From Haliotis cracherodii (Eukaryota): DNA of 64,000 nucleotides. The stretch lies in contig NW_027266297.1 of NCBI RefSeq assembly GCF_022045235.1, forward strand, positions 55,366,001 to 55,430,000. Reading direction: 5' to 3'. Shown in pieces: positions 23,227-36,000 of the stretch. A model generated the notes under the pieces. The model was not told the origin of the DNA. It ran no database searches and saw only the letters and a program-made list of their open reading frames with translations. Position numbers and translations under genes: made by a program. Every line of letters begins with the position of its first letter. Position 1 is the stretch's first letter.

Positions 23227-26200
23227 ATGATACCCCAGTGTCGAAAAGCTAGAGTCAAGGTTTCTATGAAGAAACATTTGAATCAATCCAGACTGAAAGG
23301 TACAAAGGTTGACAGCTTGGTAAGTGATAAACGAAAAGAACACGGACACGAATTTAGGTTACTTAGCTGTGGAAAAACAAACCACAAGACAAAAACCTAA
23401 GCAACATGTGTTTCCGTAGCATGAATTTGAAATGAGGAGTTTATTTATCATCATTGATTATATTTTGTTCGAGGGTAACAATGCAGTTTACCGGGCGCAG
23501 CTTACTAGCGCCAATGTTGGCCCAGGGTGCCGACTGTGGCCCTCGAATCACAGATCTTACACGTGTGGCTCTTCGATCCTTTGGGTTAACTAGGTGTGTT
23601 GTGGTTAGGGTAGGTTACCCAGACTCTTAGCCCTTGGATACCCGATTTATGGTTGGGTACCCCTTTCCGTTCAAACACCCCTTACTCCTTTGGGTAATGC
23701 ACTCCTTTACAATCATTAGGGTTGGTTGTGAGGTAGGATATGGGTTAGCTCTTTAGACGAATGAAGCCAATGTAATCTGAATAAACTCCATACACGTTTC
23801 ATCAAGTTTTGAGTTTCGCAGTCCAAATGGCTACTGGGCGTGCGCATTATTGTAAACAATCAGGTGCTGATGACTTGGTAAACAAGCACTGATTATTTGT
23901 GAAAGCGCCAATGGTAGGGTGTTAGCTAAATAGATTAACTGATTAGCTTGGCTTACATTCAAGCTGGTAGCATGAGTTCAATCCTCCTACTAAGGCAGGC
24001 TTGGTACAATCTCATTAAAATCAGATCTTAGTTCTCGCTCCCGCTAAACAAAGATCTGAGGACATCCCATTACGGGTCACGTCAGACCGACCTGTGGAAT
24101 GATCAATCAGAAGACAGCTTTCTCCAGCTTTACGGCACTAATTTCAAATTGGGGATTACGCTTCGTAACATATTTTGACAAATTCTCCATTACAAATTTG
24201 AAACCTGAACAAAAGAACATTCCGGAATGGCTAATAGTTAGTCTAGATTGTATGTATTCGATCATTAAACCCATAACTATCGTTTGGAATACCACGTGTC
24301 AAAGCTTTTGAGGTTGCATGATTAGAAATCACATTCCAACTGTCACTTTCATAATATTATAAGTGACGCTCTGATTGGTCGGATGAAAGGTCATTTTGAC
24401 GTGACCCCAAATGGAATGTCTTCAGATCTTTGTTTAATGGTAGCGAGAACTAAGGTCTGATTTTAATGATATTGGGCTTGGTATGCTTCATCGCCTACTC
24501 AGCCAAACTTGGTATGATTCATGTCCTACTAAGGTGGCCTTGGTATGATTCATGTCCAACTAAGATGGACTTGGCAGGATTCATGTGCCACTAAGGCAGA
24601 CTTGATATGATTCCTGTCCTTCTAAGACAGAATTGGTATGATTCATGTCCCGCTAAGACAGACTTGGTATGATTCTTGTCCAACTAAAGCTGACTTGGTA
24701 TGGTTCATGTCCTACTGAGGCAGTCATAGTATGTGTGTAAAATTAAAGCGGACTTGTGTGTGTGTGTCAGGTTGTTATAAGTGGACTTGGTGTGTTTCAG
24801 CTGTGGCTTGACTACATGATGTTTCTCCGTCGCCTAGCAACCCAGGCCCATCTGGCTGCTGTGGACCAAAAGGAGAAGACGGTTGCCTTAACACATGTTA
24901 AGATGGTTTCCAAGGTAACAGTCAAATGCCAGTCGCAGTGTTGGAAGTGTATTATAATAGCGAGACCCAACTGTAATATCGTGTTGGAAGTGTATTATAA
25001 TAGCGAGACCCAACTGTAATATCGTGTTGGAAGTGTATTATAATAGCGAGACCCAATTGTCATATCAGTGTCCATGGTGTTGGAACTGACCAATCACGAC
25101 ATTGATTGTCAATAAGTAAGTTTCCATGTCTCACGTATATTCACATGTAGGTATTTTCTTGGTATAATTATTTTTTCTACCAAACACTATTCAACTGTGA
25201 TAGCAGTCTGTGCCAAACACATTTTATTCTGCTTGCCAGAACATGGCTCTTAGCATCATTTTCAGTTGATTTTAGTGTCAATATATGGACTATTATTAAC
25301 TGAGCTTACTAGACAAAATGGAATTGTACTAGCCTCTGGCTTCAGGCTAGTGGCTAAAGTTGCAGTTGATAATGTGGTCAGCCAAATGTATCTTCATCTT
25401 CTCCATGTTGATGTATTGCAAGATGATTTAGGATTGTCTCATCAACCTTTTGGAGATGTTCAGATGAAGCCCCGAAAATTTCATTGAAAAGTACTGCATT
25501 GGCCATTAGTAGTAATGTGAGGGAAAATTGTGAAATGAAAAATATAAATACTACTAAACGTTGGCTGAGAATCAAGCTTTGATGATATAAAAAATCATCC
25601 AACAAGTAATGATTGAAATGTCCCTATGCACAATGATTGGGTAACCCCTATAGGACCACAATTTCATGATGAACGGACACAGGCATGCAGTCATGGGCAC
25701 GATGTGCACGAGGTGTTTGAAAACATGTTTGGATGTATCGTGACAGAATCTTTGCATATCATTATCAGAGAGCACAACAACATTTGCTACTGAGGATTGC
25801 AACAACTGAATGCACTTATGCCCTAGCAAAGATGTCGTTTGATGACCAAATATATAGGAAGATGCATAGGCATGCTTGAAATGGGTCAGCACAACATCAC
25901 ATTGCCAATGTCTTTCAATCCCAGACTTTTGGATCAGCTACCCAGCAACATGCAGGAGGTCGACAGCATTCTACCACACAGCGGGAAGACAGGTTTCTCC
26001 TGAATGCAGCAATACGTCATCACTTCATGGCTGCCACCACTCCTAGAAATGACCTGTGGAATGCCAGTGACATCAATGTTTCTACGCAGATTGCGTAATT
26101 GTCTCTAAGAGGCTGATCTCTGGTCACAAAGGGCATGCATTCACATCCTGCTGACCCGACATCACAGGCAGGTACGTTGGGATTTGAGTGAAGATCATGT

Positions 26201-28322
26201 CAATTGAAGAGACCAGGACTGGACTCCAGTACTTTTCACTGATGAATTGAGATACTGCCTATGATGTCAAAGATCGTTGTGCCCGAGTGTGGCGTAAACA
26301 AGGAGAAAGATTTCAGGATTCCTACGCAGCCTAACATGACTGCTTTGGAGGAGGCTCAATCATGATTTGGGTTGGGATCAGCAGAGCTGTCCTACAGTTG
26401 GGCACGATGACAGGTGTTCACTACAGGGATGACATCCTGGATGTGTATGTGAGGTGCAATCAGTATTGTCCAAATGGAGTCACCAGCATGGTCACCAGAT
26501 TTGTTTGTTTGTTTGTTGTTTAAGGATGCTCTCGGCAATATTGCAGCTGTATGACGGTGGTTTGTAAATAATTGAGTCTTGACCAGACAATCCAGTGATT
26601 GACATCATGATCATTGATCTACACAGTTGGGATAAGATGACATGCATCAACAGTCAATGAGCCTGACCACCCTATCCCATTAGTCATCTCTTACAACAAG
26701 CATAGCCACCTCTCAAGACAAGCATGGGTTGGTGAAGACCTATTCTAACTCCAACTCGACTGGAACTCAGCATTGCTCTCAATGAGTGGAACAATCTTCC
26801 CTTGTGCCATCCAGATACTTATTGGGAGCTTAAATTGACAGTCTCAGGCTGTGATCACATCAAGTTGATCACATATTGGCTACTGAGAGTTTTTTGGGGC
26901 ATGATTTTTTTTTTTATGTATAAGTTTTGGCCAGATACTCTCATTTTAATGGCTGATCTGACTGATTATTGGTCAAATGGTGTTTGTTGGCGCTTTGTTG
27001 TACATGACAACGGACCTTTGTTCTTTCATTATGTAGACCGCCTCCGTGGTCTAGTGGTAGAGCGTCCGCCCGGAGAGCGGAAAGTTCAGGGTTCGATCCC
27101 CGGCTGCGTCATACCAAAAGACGTTAAAAGATGGTACTTGTCACCCTGTCTGGGGTTCGGCATTAAGGGGCTAAAACAAGGACTGGTCGGCTCGGAGTCA
27201 GTATACTGTGTCTGCGTGGGGTATTCATGTTAAACTGCGGCATGGTATCTCAGTGAGCTAGCACTTTAAATCGGCATCAGTTCGGACTAGTACAAGCAGC
27301 CACACACACACACACGTGCATGTACGTCGCTATATAAGTGCAATAATCTTGGACGCGACGTTAAACCCAATTTCACCTCACCTCTTTCAATATGTCTTCA
27401 CGCAATATTGTCTAAACAATTTGATGTATTTCCTTTGAAAGTGGTGATCCTTAGCAAACTTTGAGTAGTATATTTCCCTGGATCAATTCATTGGACATAC
27501 TATTAAGCAGATCACCATGTGCATGTCATTATGCCTTAGTTGTCATTGAAAGAAATGTCTTAAAGATTATAACACCAGCAACAGTTTTGTGTTTTACAGG
27601 GCTATCGTTTAAGGGATCTTGATTTGACTTGCACCAGGTGCATGTTGACATGAAAACCTAGTTGCACCAAACAAACAAAACTAATTTCACTCTGGTTCCC
27701 TAAATTTATCACAGTTGAAACATAGATGCATAAACTAGTCTAAGTAAATAAAATCTGACATCTCTGATTACTGTCATGATTTTGCATAAATTAATGGTGA
27801 ATTGCTGTTGAACATTCCCTTTGGGGAATGTGCACATGATCTTGAAGTACCCAGCGACCCTAGCGCCACCTGTGTCTGTTACGAGTTATGTCCCTTCTAT
27901 GTTATTGTACCCTTACTGACCATCCAGATTCCACCTCTCATATCACTTGCACAGTCAAGATGATCTCATCAATTATAAAGATCTTTGTTTTATTACAATA
28001 ATCATAGCCTCGGGAAGTGCATCAAATAAAGTGCGACTGACATAAAGTGCATCACTGTATCACCTTGATTAAAAATATTTTGTAAATCTTTCCATGTGTG
28101 TCAACACCCAGTTAACGGTACACATGCTCTCTAAATCCTGAAACCAAACAAATTAAGCACGGCAGTTACCTTGTTTATGAACCGGATGTCGAAATCGGAT
28201 TTAGACTCAACAGTCGAGCCAAAACAACTATATTTGCAAGGGTGGAAACTGAACTATCAAGGTTTGAGTCAAATGTGTTTTTTTTCCTTTGGCAGAAGGT
28301 GCTCCAGAGCTGTCGTGGATGA
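23227..28322 (+). CDS. CENPW: Centromere protein W-like histone-fold protein, 3 exons, 77 aa
   Basis: Exons 23227-23319 (MIPQCRKARVKVSMKKHLNQSRLKGTKVDSL|gtaagt), 24801-24914 (tttcag|LWLDYMMFLRRLATQAHLAAVDQKEKTVALTHVKMVSK|gtaaca) and 28296-28322 (ggcag|KVLQSCRG*), all phase 0. Aligns with recalled human CENP-W (DLLVHLNCLLFVHRLAEESRTNACASKCRVINKEHVLAAAKVILKKSRG*), including the terminal RG. Confidence 0.85.
24007..24474. mobile_element. Non-autonomous DNA transposon with about 100-bp TIRs and 9-bp TSD (AcademH- or MULE-type)
   Basis: TIR CAATCTCATTAAAATCAGATCTTAGTTCTCGCT... and TSD GGCTTGGTA at 23998-24006 and 24475-24483. A partial copy lies at 53981-54046 and a diverged relative at about 62310-62654. 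Confidence 0.85.
24475..24725. repeat. Degenerate tandem repeat of about 31 bp
   Basis: Unit GACTTGGTATGATTCATGTCCTACTAAGGCA and variants. Confidence 0.8.
25860..27472 (+). mobile_element. Highly decayed Tc1-like remnant interrupted by two SINEs (CENPW intron 2)
   Basis: Fragments VLFTDE, VWRKQGERF and FGGGSIMIW.GIS, and a TIR-like end TTTGAGTAGTATA at about 27460-27472. The left boundary is approximate. Confidence 0.6.
27036..27383 (+). mobile_element. SINE family D (tRNA head plus a central domain resembling the recalled Meta domain), full length
   Basis: TGGTCTAGTGG A box, GGTTCGATCCC B box, CATACCAAAAGACGTTAAAAGATGGTAC core, (CACCT)n tail and imperfect TSD TCTTTCA(T/A)TATGT. Confidence 0.85.
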
Positions 28323-30098
28323 CCCCCCTCCCCCATGTTCATAGATGAAACAGCAAAGATGTCACAAACTTGATCTCGCTGTTCTATTGCCTTAGTATCC
28401 AAACTGCATGGATAAATGATTTAGTTTCCCCAGGGGCACTGTCAAGCCTATCCTCAGGAAATACCAGACCAAATCACTTCAGGTGCTGCTGTCTCCCACA
28501 GCTTGGATAGAAAACCGAACAATCTTGTCAAATGATATATTTTATTCATTTAGGTATGACACGCATCTCATTCACGCTGTGGCGGACATGTCTTAATATG
28601 TTGGCAGGAATGGTTGTATATGGAACATACGTTGGTGAAAGGGGAAGGAATGCTACGAGTTCTGGATGAGCTGACAGTTTTCCACCTCACATCATACAGC
28701 CATCTCAGACTACCACCAACATTTGTCAACAAGACAACTGAGATAGGCCATGTCTTAGTAAATCTGTATGAATACTATTGTCACAGTGTCAGGCATTAAC
28801 ATCCTGAATGCTTTTGTCCATTTGTCTCTTGTAAAAATTTGTACTTGTCTAGCTGCTGACTTGTTTGTTATTTGTAAATTCTAGATTCGAAAGCAATTTC
28901 TATAGCTTGGATGCCTGTATCATGTGGTCATCTTACGATCATGACTGTCATTAGGGGGACAGTTCGATGTCCGATACAAAATCTTAAGGAATTAAGTTTA
29001 GGGATGTGGGTGTCAATGGCTGTGCAAGTTTTCCATCTGACAAAATCAACTTAGTAACTGAACCAATCGTATTTCATTTACATGCTGTTAGGAGTTGGTC
29101 TTTCCACAAGTTAGCGTTTCTCAATAGTCCATCTCGTGCTGTGCATAATGACAGATATCATCTACAAATGATTTTCTACACCTACATAAACTTCTATCGA
29201 TAATTGTTCCATAAAAACACAAATACATGATTTCATTTCAGAAGTCTAAAAGTATTTTATCCCACATCAAACTTTTAAACTGGTCCCTGAACGCAATGTT
29301 CCCAGGAATGTGTAGCACCATTCTGCTAGTCTGTGGTTATGTGTAACACTAATATATCAACAATGTTGTAAATTTGTACAATAAAAGAAAATTTGTACTA
29401 CATTGTTCCTTGTCTGTTGTATAAAGTTTGGTAGCCTGCTTCAGTCTTGAAATACCACTGAGCATTTGCAGCAGACAGGAACCGTCCATGGTTTTATTGC
29501 ACTTGTCAGTAAACACACTGAACAACCATGCTGGGAGCCACAACCCATAAAATAACAGACTGAAAAAACAGGTAACAGATGACAAACAAGATGTCAAAAA
29601 CAACATAAAGATAATATCAGATTGCACAAACGGGTAACGGACAACCAACAGAATATACAGGACATACAGATTACTAACAACATATCGGGGAAGCTCTTGA
29701 TTCATCGGGGGAAAGATAAGTTCAATGCTGCCACTTCATCCGTTCCTTGCATTCATATATTGCGCATGAAATCCACTAGACAAAAGTATTGCAAGATAGG
29801 TACATGGCCTATAAAACCTTCAGTGCTGGTGGGTGGCCCAGGACAACACTTCCCGAATCCAAGACCCAATAAGGGGTTAATTTGTGCCTGATGCTTAAGT
29901 ATTGTTTTGGAAGGGCATGTAAGGAAATATGCAAGCATATAAGGCAGTGAGAATGTTGTGAGACAAGGCTGCATGTATAGGTAAGGACTGATGAAGGGTA
30001 CAGACTTTAAGCACCAGCTCTCAAGCTAAGTCAAACATGGACACACGCCTTGATGAAGAATGAAAACAGATTATGTACAGGCCTAAAGCAGGATACAG

Positions 30099-33000
30099 TT
30101 ACAACTCGTCTTTAAATTTGAGCAATGTTTCTCCGTAGTCTGTGGCCTTGCTAGAGATGAAGTCCTCATCATGATCCCGGATCTCTGCCAAGGACAGGAA
30201 GCCATCTTTGTTTGCATCAGCCTTGCTTGTCAAATACTCTACCTCCTCGGTGGCAGTTTCCAAATTTCCCTGGGTGAGCCATGTCTTCAGCTCATCACCC
30301 TTGAGAAAGCCATCATTGTCAGTGTCATATCTCTTGAACTTCAGCTGGTCCATACTCGTGGCATCCTCATCATCCTCATCTGTCAAACAAACACCATTCA
30401 ATTTGTCAAATTACTTTACCAAGTATGGTACAGTGTAAAAAATCTTGCTCTTTATTATATTGTTTATTGTGAACTTTGTAAAGAAATGTCATTGTTTTTG
30501 TCCATGTGCTGTGAATCTGACATGACAATATGTCGACAGAGAAATGTGTCCATTTTTTCATACCAGCAACCTAATTTCATGATTAACAGATTATCACAGG
30601 TGACAGGAGGAATGTAGTCTATAGAAAATCTGAAGGAATAACAAAGGTGACACATGGATATTTTTCTACAAAAGTAAATCTAGTGACACAGCTCTGTATT
30701 TAACCTGAGCTTTTCTACAACGTTTTCAGTTTTACATTATAAAGGTCATAATAAGAGGGTTTCAATGATTTTAAAAATTGTATAGGGAGCTGCTGGTCAC
30801 AACGCTGATAGTCATATATAAACCCAGAACTTTGAGAGATGTCTAAATATATCAAAACTGGATAATTGGTTAAGAGAAGACCACAGCCTGGCATGCATCA
30901 TAGAGTGCATAGTGTTCATATATATAGATGACTACACGAGTTCCTGTTAGCATGGTTAGCATGTTTCATACCACTTTTGCTACAAGTGAAGCAAGTTTGA
31001 TCATTTGAAAAACACAAGTTGCTATACAAACGACATCAGAAAGAAACCTGCTTAGTAATGTATTTTTTACTGACTAAAAGTTTTCTCATTATCTAATTTC
31101 AATGTTGATAAAGATATGTAGCTGGTTTCGGGGCGTTGTATGCAAACAATATTTGCGGCAGAGTACAAGAAAGACCATGCTCTCTTGAATTCTGGTAATA
31201 CATGGGATATCTTTCTCAAAGATCAATTATCTTGTTACAGTTTACATTAGTGCTACTCCATGCCACCCCTACACTGTAGAATGAACTGTGTATTATTTCT
31301 GTACTCACATCTACACCTCCAGCTGTACCCACATCTACACCTCCAGCTCTACCCACATCTATACCTCCAGCTGTACCCACATCTACACCTCCAGCTCTAC
31401 CCACATCTATACCTCCAGCTGTACTCACATCTATACCTCCAGCTCTACCCACATCTATACCTCCAGCTCTACCCACATCTATACCTCCAGCTCTACCCAC
31501 ATCTATACCTCCAGCTGTACTCACATCTATACCTCCAGCTCTATCCACATCGATACCTCCAGCTCTACCCACATCTATACCTCCACATCTATACCTCCAG
31601 CTCTACCCACATCTATACCTCCACATCTATACCTCCAGCTCTACCCACATCTATACCTTCAGCTCTACCCACATCGATACCTCCAGCTCTACCCACATCT
31701 ATATTCCAGCTCTACCCACATCTATACCTCCACCTCTACCCACATCTATACCTCCAGCTCTACCCACATCTATACCTCCAGCTCTACCAATATTTATACC
31801 ACCACCTCTACCCACATCTACACCACCACCTCTACCCACATCTATACCACCACCTCTACCCACATCTATACCTCCAGCGCTACATCGACAGATATAGAAG
31901 ATCAAAGACCACAGCCAGGTATGTGTCATAGAGTGCATAGTGTTCATATATATAGATCACTACACGAGTTCCTGTCAGCATGTTCGATACCATTTTTACT
32001 ACAAAAAGTGAAGCAAGTTTGATCATTTAAAAATCACAAGTTGCAATACAAACGGCATCAGACAAAAACCCGACTAGTAATGTATTTTTTACTCACTTAA
32101 AGGTTTCTTATTATCTAATTTCAATGTTGATAAAGATATGTCGCTGGTTTCAGGTTGTTGTATGCGAACAATATTTGCTGAGGAGTACCATGAGTACAGG
32201 AAAGACCGTGCTCTCTTGAACTCTGGTAATAAATGGGAGATCTTTCACCAAGATCAATTATGTGAAAGCATAAGATGCAGATTCTGAAAACAACAGCCTC
32301 ACCACAAACATCCCCAACCCACAAACTTCCCCAACCCACAAACTTCCCCAACCCACAAACATCCCCAACCCACAAACTTCACAAACTCTCAAACATCCCC
32401 AACCCACAAACATCCCCAACTAAGAAACTTCACAAACTCTCAAACCTCCTAAACATCCCCAACCCACAAACATCCCCAACTAACAAACTTCACAAACTCT
32501 CAAACATCCCAAACATCCCCAACCCACAAACTCACAAACTTTCCCAACTCACAAACTTTCCCAACCCACAAATATCCTCAACTAACAAACTTCCCCAACT
32601 CTCAAACCTCATTAACATCCCCAAGTCACAAACCTCACAAACCTACCCAACTCACAATCTTCCCCAACTCACAAACCTCCCCAACTCACAAACCTCCCCA
32701 ACTCACAAACCTCCCCAACCCACAAACCTCCCCAACCCACAAACTTCCCCAACCCACAAACTTCCCCAACCCACAAACTTCCCCAACTCACAAACTTCCC
32801 CAACTCACAAACCTCCCCAACCCACAAACTTCCCCAACTCACAAACTTCCCCAACTCACAAACCTCCCCAACCCACAAACTTCCCGACCCACAAACCTCC
32901 CCAACCCACAAACTTCCCAACCCACAAACATCCCCAACTCACAAACACCTGCATTCAACTAGGAAAGTCTAGATTCTTATAGGATAAAATACCTCTAAAT

Positions 33001-36000
33001 TATGGAAAATATTTTTTTGAAGAAAAATCGCAATTTTGAACATCAATAAATTCCCCCAATTTGTCTGACAAAGGCACTTTGTCTGGAGTGATAGATGAAT
33101 CACTGAATGACGCTGCCCAATGTGAAACACAGGTGCACATTGATCAACATGGTTAAACAGTGGTATCTTCGGTGGGTGAGATATATGTTGATATGCACAC
33201 CACATACGGCACATCCAATTTCATGATCATACGTGGAAAAATGGTTGAGATATGAGCAAACTATTCCATTCAAATATGGCTGACATTTAAAATTAGCTCA
33301 GGAACCTAAGCATCCTTAGTGTGCTGTCCAAGTTCACTCCAACACAAATTTCAACATGGTGTTCACTCAGAGAGGTATCGTAACGGAATAACAGATCTGA
33401 CTTGAATTCTGTGGTCACTGACTCGCGTGTCGACACCACTGCGGAGCTCAGGCCATATCATGCTTATAGTTTCAGAGAAGATGTAAAACTGTCATCATTT
33501 CATGATGAATGCCATACGAGTCACAACACAGCTCACTTGAAGTTTAAGTTTAGTTAAACTAACATACTGCTTGTTCCTGTTTTTTATGTTACCTTGTTTT
33601 GCAAATGTGGAAAGGGGTGACTACTGGAGTTGTGTTCACTGTTGCAATAGTATTGCCATAGCAGTAAACCAACTTTAAGGCTTGATTATTATAGTAATCA
33701 TTGGAATAGAAATGAAGTATTGCAGACAATCTCAAATACGGATATTTTCCTCCTTGTCACTACTAAAACCAAAGGAAGTAACCCTGTCCTACCTGCGAGA
33801 AACTCGATCAGAGACACAGCAGTGTCATTGTCCGTGTCAAACTCCTTCAAGCGGTGCTCGATCTCGTACGCGTGCATGTGCTCGTAGTCGTACGGATGCA
33901 TGAAGGCCACATACTCGCTCTTGTCTAAAATCCCATTCTTGTCCAGGTCAGCTGCCGTGAAACGCTTTTCGTCCTCGCCTATAGTCTGCCAACATCACAT
34001 GGACGTACTTAAGAATTGACTTCACTTTGTGTGAGTTCATTCCAGTATGAACCTTCATAGAGTGAGGGCCAAACTGTATGAACGTCTGAGTTTGTGACGA
34101 CGTCCATACAATGTTTAGCCCTCACTCTATGAAGGTTCATACTCCAATGAACTCACACAAAGTGAAGTCAATTCTTATAAAAAAAAATTATCACAATTTC
34201 TTGCCTCAAAGGATGTAGGCCAAGATCTAAACACAATTTCATTTAGTATGTGTGACTTCATATTTACATACAACAACCAGCTATATCGTGGAGTAAAATA
34301 GTTCCTAAAAAAAGAGAGGTGACATGGGTGTATGGATGCACTTGCTCTTCAGAAACATCTTCCACAGCACATGTATTCAAATCATATCCTCAATATATGA
34401 GAAAGGTCTGTAAAAAACTACCTCAGTAAGTCAGTCACAATGACAGCGCGTTGAAATACATTTACATCAAGTACAAGACGTCAAAATGGCCGACACGATA
34501 AACGTGACGGGAGAGATTTCCGAAGTTGTTAATGAACCTGTGGCGGTTACATGTGTTAGTCATCATTGATGAACTGGCCGATCATTGAAAGGTGAATAAA
34601 GATGCGTCAAACAGACACAAAGGTAAATTCATAGATTGCTGGGGACGGTCAATGTCAGCCTAGGCACGGATCGAGTCGATACTACAATAATTTAGAAGTG
34701 CATTTCTTCGTTTGTTCATTAGGACGGGCCGTAGCGAGGATATTCTTGAACAATCATGCAGTCACGCTCTCTAACATTTCTCAATGTATACTGAAACGCT
34801 GAGACCAAGAATAAAGTTTCTAAATGATCAGAAAGAACGCTTATGCATGTTTTCGTGCTAGGGAATTACCAGGGGTTTCCCCAGTATTGTGGAAGTAGTC
34901 CGTCAGTGTTTACGTCATTTCAAGAACACAGTCTCGTGAAAAACGTATGAACGTCAATTTCTGGGTCATGTGACTGACCCCTCGTCCAATAGAAAAGCTA
35001 TTTATCGTGTAAACTTCAAATTAGAAAATTATTTGGTGATATCAATAGAAACTGTGACGATATGTTGGGGCATTAAACAGTGTTACAGTTTACATTAGTG
35101 CTACTCCATGCCACCTCTACACCATCTTCCCGAGACAAGTGAGTTAACTGACTATATAAGTCCAGTTTCCACCCTTGCCGAACTAGGCTGGTATTATGGA
35201 GTTACATTTTGGCTGGACTAACGAGTCTATGCATAGTCCAATCAAAATCGCGCACCGAAATCCGGTTCGTAAAGTGTCATGCAGATTTCGGTCGACTGCA
35301 GGATTTGCAAAGCATGTGCACCGCTAACTCGTTGTCAACAGATATTTTCTAAATCTTTTCATGTTTTTAATCAAGGTGCTCACGTGATTTGATGCCCTTT
35401 GCGATGTAAGATTCGTTTGATCACAATATAGATCTGGGCAGTCGGGTAGCCTAGTGGTTAAAGCGGTCGCTCGTCACGCTGAAGACCAGGGTTCGATTCC
35501 CGACATGGGTACAATGTGTGAAGCCCATTTCTGGTGTCCCCCGCCATGATATTGCTGGAGTATTGCTAAAAGCAGCGTAAAACCCCACTCACTCACAATA
35601 TAGATCTTGATTATCGATCAGATCGTCTTGACTGGGCGCCACCGTTTTGTTTGACCCAAATGCAAGTGATACGAGAGATTGAATCTGATTGGCCAATAGG
35701 AGAGGCATAGAAACGACATAACTCGTAATAGCTACTGGTGGCGCTACGATCGAGCCCAGGAATTCCAGCCTAGTTCAGCAAGGGTGTAAACTGGACTTTT
35801 ATAGTCAGTTAACTCTCTTGCCTCCTGAAGATGCCTCTACACTGAACTGAGTATTCTTACTCCACAGAAACTGTACATTACCTTGTCATGCAGAATATAT
35901 GTGTTAACTTTTGACAGTGAAACTATTCCTTTCCATGTTATCAATTTATGGAGTATGGAAAAGTGTACAAATTTACTGGAATGAAACCAAACTGACACTA

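Noticed and set aside
27036-27110. Possible tRNA gene (also at 35436 and 15950-16052)
   Set aside because: A and B boxes are present but run into SINE bodies with tails and TSDs, and the cloverleafs are imperfect.
31216-32982. ORFs with (LYPHLYLQ)n, (THIYTSSS)n and (PTHKLPQ)n
   Set aside because: These are minisatellite translations inside CREC intron 5.
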